DNA of 42,696 bases from an uncultured bacterium (GTDB lineage Bacteria; Gemmatimonadota; Gemmatimonadetes; Longimicrobiales; RSA9). The stretch lies in contig CALKIP010000187.1 of the NCBI GenBank assembly GCA_937995995.1, forward strand, positions 1 through 42,696, given 5' to 3'. Made by a program: the position numbers and the translations under genes. Below, one piece after another: positions 8,885-16,294 of this stretch (the stretch's first letter is position 1; every line of letters begins with the position of its first letter). The notes under the pieces are model-generated. The model saw only the letters and a program-made list of their open reading frames with translations, was not told where the DNA came from and did no database searches.

Positions 8885-9911
8885 CGACCCCAGGGCCCAG
8901 GTGGAACCGGCCGCGGAAAGGGCCGACCGGCGCCCCTCCGATGCGGGGAGTCCAGATGCACGCGGTGGAGGTTCGCGACGCGACGCCCTCGTGATCACCG
9001 GCCCCACCGCCACGGGCAAGACCGCGCTCTCGATCGAGGTCGCCGAGCGGCTCGATGGCGAAATCATCTCGATGGACTCCCGGCAGGTCTACCGCGGTAT
9101 GGACATCGGTACCGCCAAGGCGACGAATGAAGAGCGGGCACGTGTGCCGCATCACGGCCTCGACCTCGTGGACCCGGACGAGCGTTACAGCGCGGGCCGC
9201 TACGCTCGGGACGCGCGTCGGTGGATCACGGAGATCCGCGAGCGCGGCCGAGTGCCGATCCTGGTCGGCGGGACGGGGTTCTTCCTGCGCTCGCTGACGC
9301 ATCCGCTCTTTCGCGAGCCGGAAATGCCGGAGTCGGCCAGGGAGAGGCTGAAACGCTGGCTCGATCGCCAGCCGATCGAAGAGCTCAGACGCTGGCTCCA
9401 CCGGCTGGACCCGGTGACGGCCGGGTCACTCGCGGCACGCGGTGGGCGCCAGCGTGTGGCTCGCGCACTCGAGGTAGCGCTCCTCAGCGGCAAGCCGCTC
9501 TCGTGGTGGCACCGCGAGGCGCCAACCGAGGCACCGGCGCTTTCGCTCCTCATCTTCGTCCTCTCGCTGCCGCGCGAGATGCTCTACCGGCGGATCAACG
9601 AGCGCGTCGTCGAGATGGTCGAGGCCGGGCTCGTCGACGAGGTGCGCGGACTCCTCGAGCGCGGGTACGATGTGGACGATCCCGGGATGAGTGGCACGGC
9701 CTACCCGGAGATGAGCGCGTATCTCAAGGGCGAGTGGTCGCTCGACGAGGCGATCGACGCCACACAGCGGGCAACCCGGCGCTACGCGCGGCGGCAGTTG
9801 ACGTGGTTCCGCCATCAGTTGCCCGAAGACGCGGTCTGGTTGGATGCGACGCGACCACGCGATGAACTCGTTTCGACGATCGTCGAGACCTGGAGGCGAG
9901 GCGAAGGATGA
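8877..9911 (+). CDS. miaA: tRNA dimethylallyltransferase MiaA
   Basis: ITGPTATGKTALSIEVAERLDGEIISMDSRQVYRGMDIGTAK. The ATG at 8877 overlaps the mutL stop by 8 nt (ATGGATAG). Confidence 0.9.
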   Translation: MDSDPRAQVEPAAERADRRPSDAGSPDARGGGSRRDALVITGPTATGKTALSIEVAERLDGEIISMDSRQVYRGMDIGTAKATNEERARVPHHGLDLVDPDERYSAGRYARDARRWITEIRERGRVPILVGGTGFFLRSLTHPLFREPEMPESARERLKRWLDRQPIEELRRWLHRLDPVTAGSLAARGGRQRVARALEVALLSGKPLSWWHREAPTEAPALSLLIFVLSLPREMLYRRINERVVEMVEAGLVDEVRGLLERGYDVDDPGMSGTAYPEMSAYLKGEWSLDEAIDATQRATRRYARRQLTWFRHQLPEDAVWLDATRPRDELVSTIVETWRRGEG

Positions 9912-11029
9912 AGATCGGGATAACGTGCTATCCGGTCTACGGTGGGTCGGGCGTCGTGGCCACGGAGTTGGGCCTCGAGCTCGCACGGCGTGGTCACGAG
10001 GTCCATTTCATCACCTACGCTCAGCCGTTCCGGCTTCCGTACTTCGTGGAGCGCGTCTACTACCACGAGGTCGAGATGCCATCCTACCCGCTCTTCGACC
10101 ATCCGCCATACTCGCTCGCACTCGCCGTGGCGATGCACGCCACCGCTCGCCGCCGGGGGCTCGACCTGCTCCACGTCCACTACGCGATCCCACACGCCAC
10201 ATCCGCGTGGATCGCCCGGGAGATGCTCGGCCGCGACGATTTCCGCGTGATCACCACGTTGCACGGCACGGACATCACGTTGGTCGGGCAGGACCCTTCG
10301 TTCAGGCCGATCACTGAATTCTCGCTCGCGCGCTCGGATGGGGTCACGGCGGTCAGCGAGTTTCTGCGCCGCGAAACGACCGAGCACTTCGGCATGGCCG
10401 AGGATTCGGTGCGTGTGATCCCGAACTTCGTCGACCTCGACCTCTACCGTCGCGACCGCTACCCGTGCCACCGCAGCGCCTTCGCGGAAGAGGGCGAGTG
10501 CATCGTGATGCACGTCTCCAACTTCCGGCCCGTGAAACGGGTGGAAGATGTGGTGCGCATCTTCGCACGAATCGCACGCGAGGTTCCCTCCCGCCTCCTC
10601 CTCGTGGGCGATGGTCCCGACCGTGGCAAGGCGGAGTGGATGGCGGAGGAGGAGGGCGTCTCCTCGCGGGTCTACTTCCTCGGCAAGCAGGAATCGGTGG
10701 CCGAACTGCTCGCGTGTGCGAACCTGCTGCTCCTGCCCAGCGAGACGGAGGCGTTCGGCCTCGCGGCGCTCGAGGCCATGGCCTGCGGCGTGCCGGTCGT
10801 CGCCTCCGATGTCGGCGGCATTCCCGAGGTCGTGACGCACGGCGAGGACGGGTTTCTCGCGCCGGTCGGCGCGATCGATGAAATGGCGGATTACGGTACG
10901 CGGATCCTGGCCGATCTCGAAGGGTGGCGACGCTACAGCGCGGCGGCCCGGGCGAGCGCCGAGCGCTTCAGTGCCGACCGTGTCGTTACGCTTTACGAAG
11001 AATACTACGAAGAGGTAGCATCCAGGTGA
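9908..11029 (+). CDS. bshA: GT4 glycosyltransferase, most likely N-acetyl-alpha-D-glucosaminyl L-malate synthase BshA (bacillithiol pathway)
   Basis: MKIGITCYPVYGGSGVVATELGLELARRGHEVHFITYAQPFRL, HVHYAIPHA and TTLHGTDITLVG closely mirror my recollection of the B. subtilis BshA N-terminal half. The C-terminal half has the GT4 E-x7-E region (PSETEAFGLAALEAMACGVPVV). ATGA overlap with miaA. Confidence 0.75.
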   Translation: MKIGITCYPVYGGSGVVATELGLELARRGHEVHFITYAQPFRLPYFVERVYYHEVEMPSYPLFDHPPYSLALAVAMHATARRRGLDLLHVHYAIPHATSAWIAREMLGRDDFRVITTLHGTDITLVGQDPSFRPITEFSLARSDGVTAVSEFLRRETTEHFGMAEDSVRVIPNFVDLDLYRRDRYPCHRSAFAEEGECIVMHVSNFRPVKRVEDVVRIFARIAREVPSRLLLVGDGPDRGKAEWMAEEEGVSSRVYFLGKQESVAELLACANLLLLPSETEAFGLAALEAMACGVPVVASDVGGIPEVVTHGEDGFLAPVGAIDEMADYGTRILADLEGWRRYSAAARASAERFSADRVVTLYEEYYEEVASR

Positions 11030-11811
11030 ATCTGATTGAAGCCATCTTTCTGGGCCTCGTACAGGGCTTGACCGAGTTCCTCCCCGTATCGAGCTCCGGG
11101 CACCTCGTGATCGCGCAGACACTCATGGATGTGCCGACGCCGGGCGTGTTCGTCGAAGTCGCACTCCACCTGGCGACACTCCTCTCGGTGCTCATCGTCT
11201 ACCACAAGCGCGTGGCCGATCTCGGCATCGGTGCGGTGCGTGGAGAGCGTGAGGCATGGCGCTACATCGGGCTGCTTCTCCTGGCCTCCGTGCCCGCGGG
11301 GATCGTAGGCGTATTCTTCAAGGATGCCATCGAGGCGGTCTTCGACATGCCCTGGGTGACCGGCGTCATGCTCATCGTGACCGGCTTCGTGTTGTGGTCG
11401 ACGAAACGGGTCGGCCAGCGCCGCTGGAAGGAGGAGCCCGACATCGGGAGTGCAACCGCCATGGGGTTGGCACAAGCCTTCGCGATCCTGCCGGGCATCT
11501 CCCGGTCGGGGTCGACGATCACCGCAGGTCTGTGGGGTAGCCTGGATGGTGACCGCGCCGCGGAATTCTCCTTCCTCATGTCCGTGATCGCGATCGCCGG
11601 TGCGGTCGTACTCCAGATTGGCGACATCGGCTCCTCGGTCCAGCAGGTGGGCGCCGGGGCCCTCCTCGGCGGCTTCATCGCCGCACTGGTCTCCGGTGTT
11701 TTCGCCATTCGATTCCTGGTGTGGCTCCTCCAGAGGAGGGCGTTTCACGCCTTTGCGTACTACGTCTGGATCGCGGGTGGGCTCTTCCTGCTCTACCTCG
11801 GAGTGAAATGA
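11026..11811 (+). CDS. uppP: undecaprenyl-diphosphate phosphatase
   Basis: The GTG at 11026 (GTGA overlap with the bshA stop) gives VNLIEAIFLGLVQGLTEFLPVSSSGHL, plus a later PGISRSGSTI motif, both BacA/UppP signatures. The ORF-track start at 10924 lies inside bshA. Confidence 0.9.
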   Translation: MNLIEAIFLGLVQGLTEFLPVSSSGHLVIAQTLMDVPTPGVFVEVALHLATLLSVLIVYHKRVADLGIGAVRGEREAWRYIGLLLLASVPAGIVGVFFKDAIEAVFDMPWVTGVMLIVTGFVLWSTKRVGQRRWKEEPDIGSATAMGLAQAFAILPGISRSGSTITAGLWGSLDGDRAAEFSFLMSVIAIAGAVVLQIGDIGSSVQQVGAGALLGGFIAALVSGVFAIRFLVWLLQRRAFHAFAYYVWIAGGLFLLYLGVK

Positions 11812-12647
11812 CGGCGGCCGAGCGCCTCTATATCTGGGAAGGCGAGCCGCTCGAGCACTGGCGTCGGGCCTGGGGCTTGCCCGAGCTCCACATCTTCGAA
11901 GCCGTCGGATCGACGAACGACGTGCTCCGCGCCCTGGCGCTTTCCGGGGCGCCGGCCGGAACCACCGTGCTGGCCGAGGTGCAGACGGCGGGACGGGGAA
12001 GGGGAGGGCGCACGTGGCACGCCCCCGAGCGCTCGTCGCTCCTCATGTCGATCCTGCTCAGACCGAGCGTCATTGCGGAGGGTGGGCTCGCTCCCGGCAG
12101 TATCCCACTGCGGCTGGGGCTGGCGATCGCGAGGGCCGTGGAGCCGTTCGTGGAACGGCCGATCGGCGTCAAGTGGCCGAACGACGTCGTGGCACCGGGT
12201 GCGGGCAAGATCGCCGGAATTTTATGTGAGGGCTCGATCGTCGGCCGTGACGCCTACCTCGTCGCGGGGATCGGCGTCAACGTGAACCAGCGGAAGACGG
12301 ATTTCCCCCCGGAGGTCAGGGACATCGCTACGTCACTGGCGAGTCTCACGAGGCGAGGGGTCTCGCGCGCGGCGGTCGCAGGTGCCATTCTACGCGCCAT
12401 CCAGAGCTCGGTGCTTACACGGGGAGGGCCACTCCAGGAGGATGAGTTGATGGAGATCGGAAGACGCGACGTACTCCGATCACACGACGTGACCGTGGAT
12501 GGCGAGCCGTACGGCACGGCAGTCTCTATCGCGCCCGATGGCGCTCTCTGCGTTCGGATGCCGGACGGCCGGATCGTGCCTGTCTACAGCGGCACCGTTC
12601 GGATTGGCGGACGCAAGGATTCCCATAGGCGGGAAACGTACCCATGA
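11808..12647 (+). CDS. birA: biotin--[acetyl-CoA-carboxylase] ligase, class I (no N-terminal HTH domain)
   Basis: The ATG at 11808 makes an ATGA overlap with uppP. The GRGRGGRTW biotin-binding loop and KWPNDV motif are present. At about 279 aa there is no wHTH region. Confidence 0.88.
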   Translation: MTAAERLYIWEGEPLEHWRRAWGLPELHIFEAVGSTNDVLRALALSGAPAGTTVLAEVQTAGRGRGGRTWHAPERSSLLMSILLRPSVIAEGGLAPGSIPLRLGLAIARAVEPFVERPIGVKWPNDVVAPGAGKIAGILCEGSIVGRDAYLVAGIGVNVNQRKTDFPPEVRDIATSLASLTRRGVSRAAVAGAILRAIQSSVLTRGGPLQEDELMEIGRRDVLRSHDVTVDGEPYGTAVSIAPDGALCVRMPDGRIVPVYSGTVRIGGRKDSHRRETYP

Positions 12648-13480
12648 ATCTGACCTTCGACATCGGCAACACCGAGACACTCATCGGAATGTTCAAGGCC
12701 GGCGAACTCGTCGAGCATTGGCGGATCGCGACGCAGACGGAGCGATCCGTGGATGAGCTCGGCCTACTCGTTCGCTCCCTGATCCGGGAATCCGGGTTCA
12801 ACGTCGACCGCGTGCGTGCCGCCACGATCGGCTCCGTCGTGCCACCGGTCACCGCCTCGATGCTCGACATGTGCGAGCGGCACATCGGTGTGCCTGCGGC
12901 CGCGATCGATGCGCGCACGCCGCTGCCGATCCGGCTCGATGTGGAAGAGCCGCTCAGCGTCGGCGCCGACCGCATCGTCAACACGCTCGCCTCAGCGCAG
13001 CTCTTCCGCACCGACACCATCGTCGTGGATCTGGGGACCGCGACGACCTTCGACTGTATCTCCGGAGATGGCGTGTTCATCGGCGGCATCATCGCCGCCG
13101 GCGTGAGGACGGGCGCCGAGATGCTCGTGCGGCGCACGGCCAAACTGCCGCGCATCGACCTCGAGCCGCCGCCCGCCGTGATCGGCCGTCGCACCGAGAC
13201 GTCGCTCAATAGCGGAATCTTCTTTGGCGCCGTCGACGCGATCGACGGGATCGTACGACGCATCAGAGAGGAGTGGGCACGCCCCGACGCACTCGTCGTG
13301 GCAACGGGTGGGCTGGCACCGATGATCGGGCCACACTGTCGCACCGTCGATCGCATCGAGCCGCTCCTCACGCTCTACGGCCTCGACCTGGCACATCGCT
13401 TTCTAGAGGAAAAACGGTCCGGCACCCGTATCGCCACCGTCAAGCGGTCGCGACCGCGATCCCGGCAGTACCGTCCATGA
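12644..13480 (+). CDS. coaX: type III pantothenate kinase
   Basis: MNLTFDIGNTETLIGMF, VDLGTATTFD and the ATGG region. ATGA overlap with birA. birA-coaX adjacency is a widespread conserved pairing. Confidence 0.9.
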   Translation: MNLTFDIGNTETLIGMFKAGELVEHWRIATQTERSVDELGLLVRSLIRESGFNVDRVRAATIGSVVPPVTASMLDMCERHIGVPAAAIDARTPLPIRLDVEEPLSVGADRIVNTLASAQLFRTDTIVVDLGTATTFDCISGDGVFIGGIIAAGVRTGAEMLVRRTAKLPRIDLEPPPAVIGRRTETSLNSGIFFGAVDAIDGIVRRIREEWARPDALVVATGGLAPMIGPHCRTVDRIEPLLTLYGLDLAHRFLEEKRSGTRIATVKRSRPRSRQYRP

Positions 13481-14424
13481 GCACCACACGGACTCGCCCC
13501 GCGGAGAGCACGTCGCGGACACTCAACGTTACGCGACGCATCGGCTACCGCATCCTGCCGGGTGACGCATTCAGCTACATCCTGCACATGCGCCCCAGCG
13601 AGTGGCCCATCATGGCGGCCCACACGCTGGTCGGCGTACTCCTGGCCACCGGCTGGGACGTGGAAGCCCTAGCCGCGGGGTGGAAGCTCACGGCCTTCGG
13701 CCTGGCCGTCTGGGTGGTCGCGCTCAATGGCGGCACGCTGGCCGTCAATTCCGCCTTCGATGACGACGAAGGCGACATCGCCTACCTCCACGCACCGCCC
13801 AAAGCGCCCCGATACCTGGCCGCCTTCTCGATCGGGCTTATGCTCCTCGGGCAGATCCTGGCGCTGTGGCTGCCGACGACCTTCGCCGTCGCCTACGCCA
13901 CCTGCTTCGTGATGTCCATCCTCTACTCGGTCCCGCCCTTCCGCTGGAAGGCCGTGGCCGGAGCGGACTGGGTCATCAACATGTGGGGCTTCGGCACCCT
14001 CACCGCACTCGCCGGGTGGGCCATCACGGGACGCCCACTCGAACCGTGGGCCGTCCTCGTGCTCCTGGCATTCTGCCCACTTTTCGCCGCGCTTTACCCG
14101 CTCACGCAACTGTATCAGTTCGAGGAGGACCGTGAGCGTGGCGATCGGACCCTCGCCCTCGTCCTCGGCATGCGACGCTCGCTCCAGATCGCCATCGGTG
14201 CCACGCTCATCGCCTTCCTCCTCTTCGGCGCCGCCGTCGCGATCGGCCCGGCCCGCCGACTCTGGCCCGGCCTCGCCGTCGCACTCGCCGCATGGATCGC
14301 GGTACTCCTCCCCTGGCTGCGCCGGCACGATCGAATGACCCCGGCAGAGCACCAGCGCGGTATGTACGCGGCGCTCCGCGCATGGGCCATCACCGACCTG
14401 GCGGTGCTCCTCGCATTCGCGTGA
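13477..14424 (+). CDS. UbiA-family membrane prenyltransferase, substrate unknown
   Basis: The ATG at 13477 makes an ATGA overlap with coaX. About 315 aa with 8-9 predicted TM helices. The first Asp-rich motif is NSAFDDDEGD. The second region is QLYQFEEDRERGDRTLALVLG, resembling D-x3-D-x2-G-x2-T-L. Confidence 0.75.
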   Translation: MSTTRTRPAESTSRTLNVTRRIGYRILPGDAFSYILHMRPSEWPIMAAHTLVGVLLATGWDVEALAAGWKLTAFGLAVWVVALNGGTLAVNSAFDDDEGDIAYLHAPPKAPRYLAAFSIGLMLLGQILALWLPTTFAVAYATCFVMSILYSVPPFRWKAVAGADWVINMWGFGTLTALAGWAITGRPLEPWAVLVLLAFCPLFAALYPLTQLYQFEEDRERGDRTLALVLGMRRSLQIAIGATLIAFLLFGAAVAIGPARRLWPGLAVALAAWIAVLLPWLRRHDRMTPAEHQRGMYAALRAWAITDLAVLLAFA

Positions 14425-14465
14425 ATGCAGCGGTAGGCAGAATATCTGCATTTGCCGGCAAACTC

Positions 14466-14495
14466 TGGACAGCACGCCAATGCACGTGTTAGATT
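14466..14495 (+). promoter_or_regulatory. candidate sigma70-type promoter for rpsU
   Basis: TGGACA (14466-14471), an 18-nt spacer, then TAGATT (14490-14495). This implies a leader of roughly 100 nt before the rpsU ATG. Confidence 0.35.
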
Positions 14496-14603
14496 AAAGG
14501 GTTGCCTGGGAATGCGCCCGGGCACGTGCTGAGTGGGTGCGGGTGCCGGACAGCCGAAACGGGCCCGCATATGTACCGTTTCGTTCCCGGGGAGGGGATC
14601 TGC

Positions 14604-14798
14604 ATGATCGAGGTGACGCTCGGTGAAGGCGATCGGCTGGATTGGGCGTTGAAGCAGTTTCGTCGCAAGCTCATCCGTGCCGGGCTCTTCAAGGAGCTCA
14701 AGAAGGGCCGCTACTACGAGAAGCCCAGTGAGGCGAAGAAGCGGAAGGCTGCGGCTGCGCGTCGTCGTAACGCCCGCGCTCGCCGCAACGCTCGTTAG
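14604..14798 (+). CDS. rpsU: 30S ribosomal protein S21
   Basis: MIEVTLGEGDRLDWALKQFRRKLIRAGLFKELKKGRYYEKPSEAKKRKAAAARRR. GGAGGGG lies 7-8 nt upstream of the ATG at 14604. The ORF-track start at 14502 adds non-homologous residues. Confidence 0.93.
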   Translation: MIEVTLGEGDRLDWALKQFRRKLIRAGLFKELKKGRYYEKPSEAKKRKAAAARRRNARARRNAR

Positions 14799-14824
14799 CC
14801 GCCCGACAGGGCCCCGCCCCATGA

Positions 14825-14852
14825 GCCGCACCTGTGAGGGTGCGGCTTTTTG
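14825..14852 (+). terminator. rho-independent terminator of rpsU
   Basis: gccgcacc-tgtgag-ggtgcggc (8-bp stem) followed by tttttg. Confidence 0.8.
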
Positions 14853-14976
14853 TTGTCCTGAATCCTCGCCTCGGGAGTCGGGTTCGCCATCAACGTGCTT
14901 CGCCAGCGCCAGTCGCAATTCACGTCAAGAAGGCCGCCGTGCTCCTCCTCCGTGCTTCGCTGTGTCTCTGTGTGGT

Positions 14977-15297
14977 TCAAATCGTCGCTCCATCCTCCTC
15001 GGGATGGAGGACGGCAGATTCTTCATCACTCTCTTCGTCGACCGGTTCGACCTCCGGGCTCACCTGAATGAAGCGTGCCCAATCGCGCTCCAGAGGGATG
15101 GTCCGGCCCGACGCGGTTTCAAGGAGGAGGTGGGAGGGAGTGCCGGCACGGCATCGGACGACGTCGCCTTCACGCAGGCCGAGAGCGGTGCAGAACGAGC
15201 GAAGGGCGCCGAAGAGGATGCGGCGAATGAGGACGGCTTCGCCCGTTCGGGTGGCCGCGAGACTGCGGACGTGGTCCGGTGCGTGAGGGGTGGCCAT
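14977..15297 (-). CDS. FeoA-like (SH3-like) small protein with an acidic C-terminal tail
   Basis: LAATRTGEAVLIRRILFGALRSFCTALGLREGDVVRCRAGTPSHLLLETASGRTIPLERDWARFIQV fits the FeoA domain pattern (G-x-a-x-I ... L-x2-lGl-x-G-x-v ... A-x2-I-x-V). The tail is PEVEPVDEESDEES. The ATG at 15297 is preferred because the longer ORF (15369) would read through a canonical terminator hairpin. Confidence 0.5.
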   Translation of the reverse strand: MATPHAPDHVRSLAATRTGEAVLIRRILFGALRSFCTALGLREGDVVRCRAGTPSHLLLETASGRTIPLERDWARFIQVSPEVEPVDEESDEESAVLHPEEDGATI

Positions 15298-15322
15298 CGG
15301 GAGCGCTCCTGCGGGAGGGGGC

Positions 15323-15350
15323 AATAAAAAAGGCGCCGGAATCGGCGCCT
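15323..15350 (-). terminator. rho-independent terminator ending the ECF-sigma operon
   Basis: The minus strand reads aggcgccg-attc-cggcgcct followed by tttttatt: an 8-bp GC-rich stem, a 4-nt loop and a T-run. Confidence 0.8.
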
Positions 15351-15446
15351 TCACATCCCTGACCCTCATGCAACAATTATGCCGGGAACGCCCCTAACTG
15401 GGGTAGAATCCGCCATCCCTGGAAGTACCTTGGGCGGTGGACCCTA

Positions 15447-16238
15447 TCAACCGATGCCGGGAGACGCGCTCGGCGGAAGCGGTAGCGGGCTCATCAATCC
15501 GTTGGGTCGTCCCTTGGGCGGACCTTTGCGCTTGCCCTTGCCTCCGGTGTCCTTGCGGCCCTTGCCCTGTCCGGGTGGAGTGAGTCCCGGGGGCCCATCG
15601 GTGGGGATCCCCTTGCCGCCGCGGACCGAGGAGGCGACGGCTGCTGCCGCTTCGGCCGGCAGAATGCCGCCACGTATCAGGCGTTCTACCGCGACGGGGA
15701 GGCTGCGGAGTTCCTCGGGGCGCGCGCCGCGGGCATTCCACGCACCGAGTACATCGAGCGCATGATCCACGGGAACGCCTCGATCGAGGAGGTCCGCGAG
15801 GGTGTGCACGGAAAGCGCGATCGACTGTCCTGGCGCCTTGCTCCGTAGGGAGCGTACGGCATCTTCCGGAACGCCACGGCGGAGCGCCTCGGCAACGGCC
15901 ACGATGTCCGTGGACGGGGCCGTGCCCTCGAGTGCCACCAGATCCCGCGCGCGGCCGAGTTGGCCGACGAGATCACGAACGACCAGGAGGACCTGATCGG
16001 CGGCGACGCCCTTCGCCGAGCCCTCGAGGGCCTTGTCGACGAGGGGCGAGATGGGCAGTCCGAGGGCCTGGGCGTCGGCGATCGCCCGTTCGAGATCGCG
16101 GGCGGTCGAAGCGGGCATCGTCGCCATCGCCTGTGTCAGGCGTGTGTCCTGCCATGCATCCGCGCTGCGCACCAGTGCCGGCGACCATCCGGCCGCCAGG
16201 ATCAGGAGTAAGGCAGCGGGAAAAGCGGATCGACTCAT
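15447..16238 (-). CDS. secreted hypothetical protein: alpha-helical G(V/L)P repeats plus a Gly/Lys/Pro-rich basic tail
   Basis: The ATG at 16238 has GGGAG 5 nt upstream and yields the signal peptide MSRSAFPAALLLILAAGWSPALVRSADA. A GTG at 16298 (GTGA overlap with the upstream gene) is an alternative start. The tail is GQGKGRKDTGGKGKRKGPPKGRPNG. Confidence 0.6.
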   Translation of the reverse strand: MSRSAFPAALLLILAAGWSPALVRSADAWQDTRLTQAMATMPASTARDLERAIADAQALGLPISPLVDKALEGSAKGVAADQVLLVVRDLVGQLGRARDLVALEGTAPSTDIVAVAEALRRGVPEDAVRSLRSKAPGQSIALSVHTLADLLDRGVPVDHALDVLGAWNARGARPEELRSLPVAVERLIRGGILPAEAAAAVASSVRGGKGIPTDGPPGLTPPGQGKGRKDTGGKGKRKGPPKGRPNGLMSPLPLPPSASPGIG

Positions 16239-16294
16239 AGAGACTCCCGAAAGGGTGTCATCCTTTCCAAAGGACGCGCGGGGCCTCACGATGG

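Noticed and set aside
9815-11122. 435-aa minus-strand ORF covering the miaA end, bshA and the uppP start
   Set aside because: It lies antisense to genes with unmistakable homology-type motifs. Its translation is Arg/Gly/Pro/His-rich low-complexity sequence with no recognisable motif, typical of a shadow ORF in high-GC DNA.
15298-15369. Longer version of the FeoA-like ORF starting at 15369
   Set aside because: It would translate through a canonical rho-independent terminator hairpin and T-run. The FeoA-like homology begins after the internal ATG at 15297, which has a GGAG upstream.
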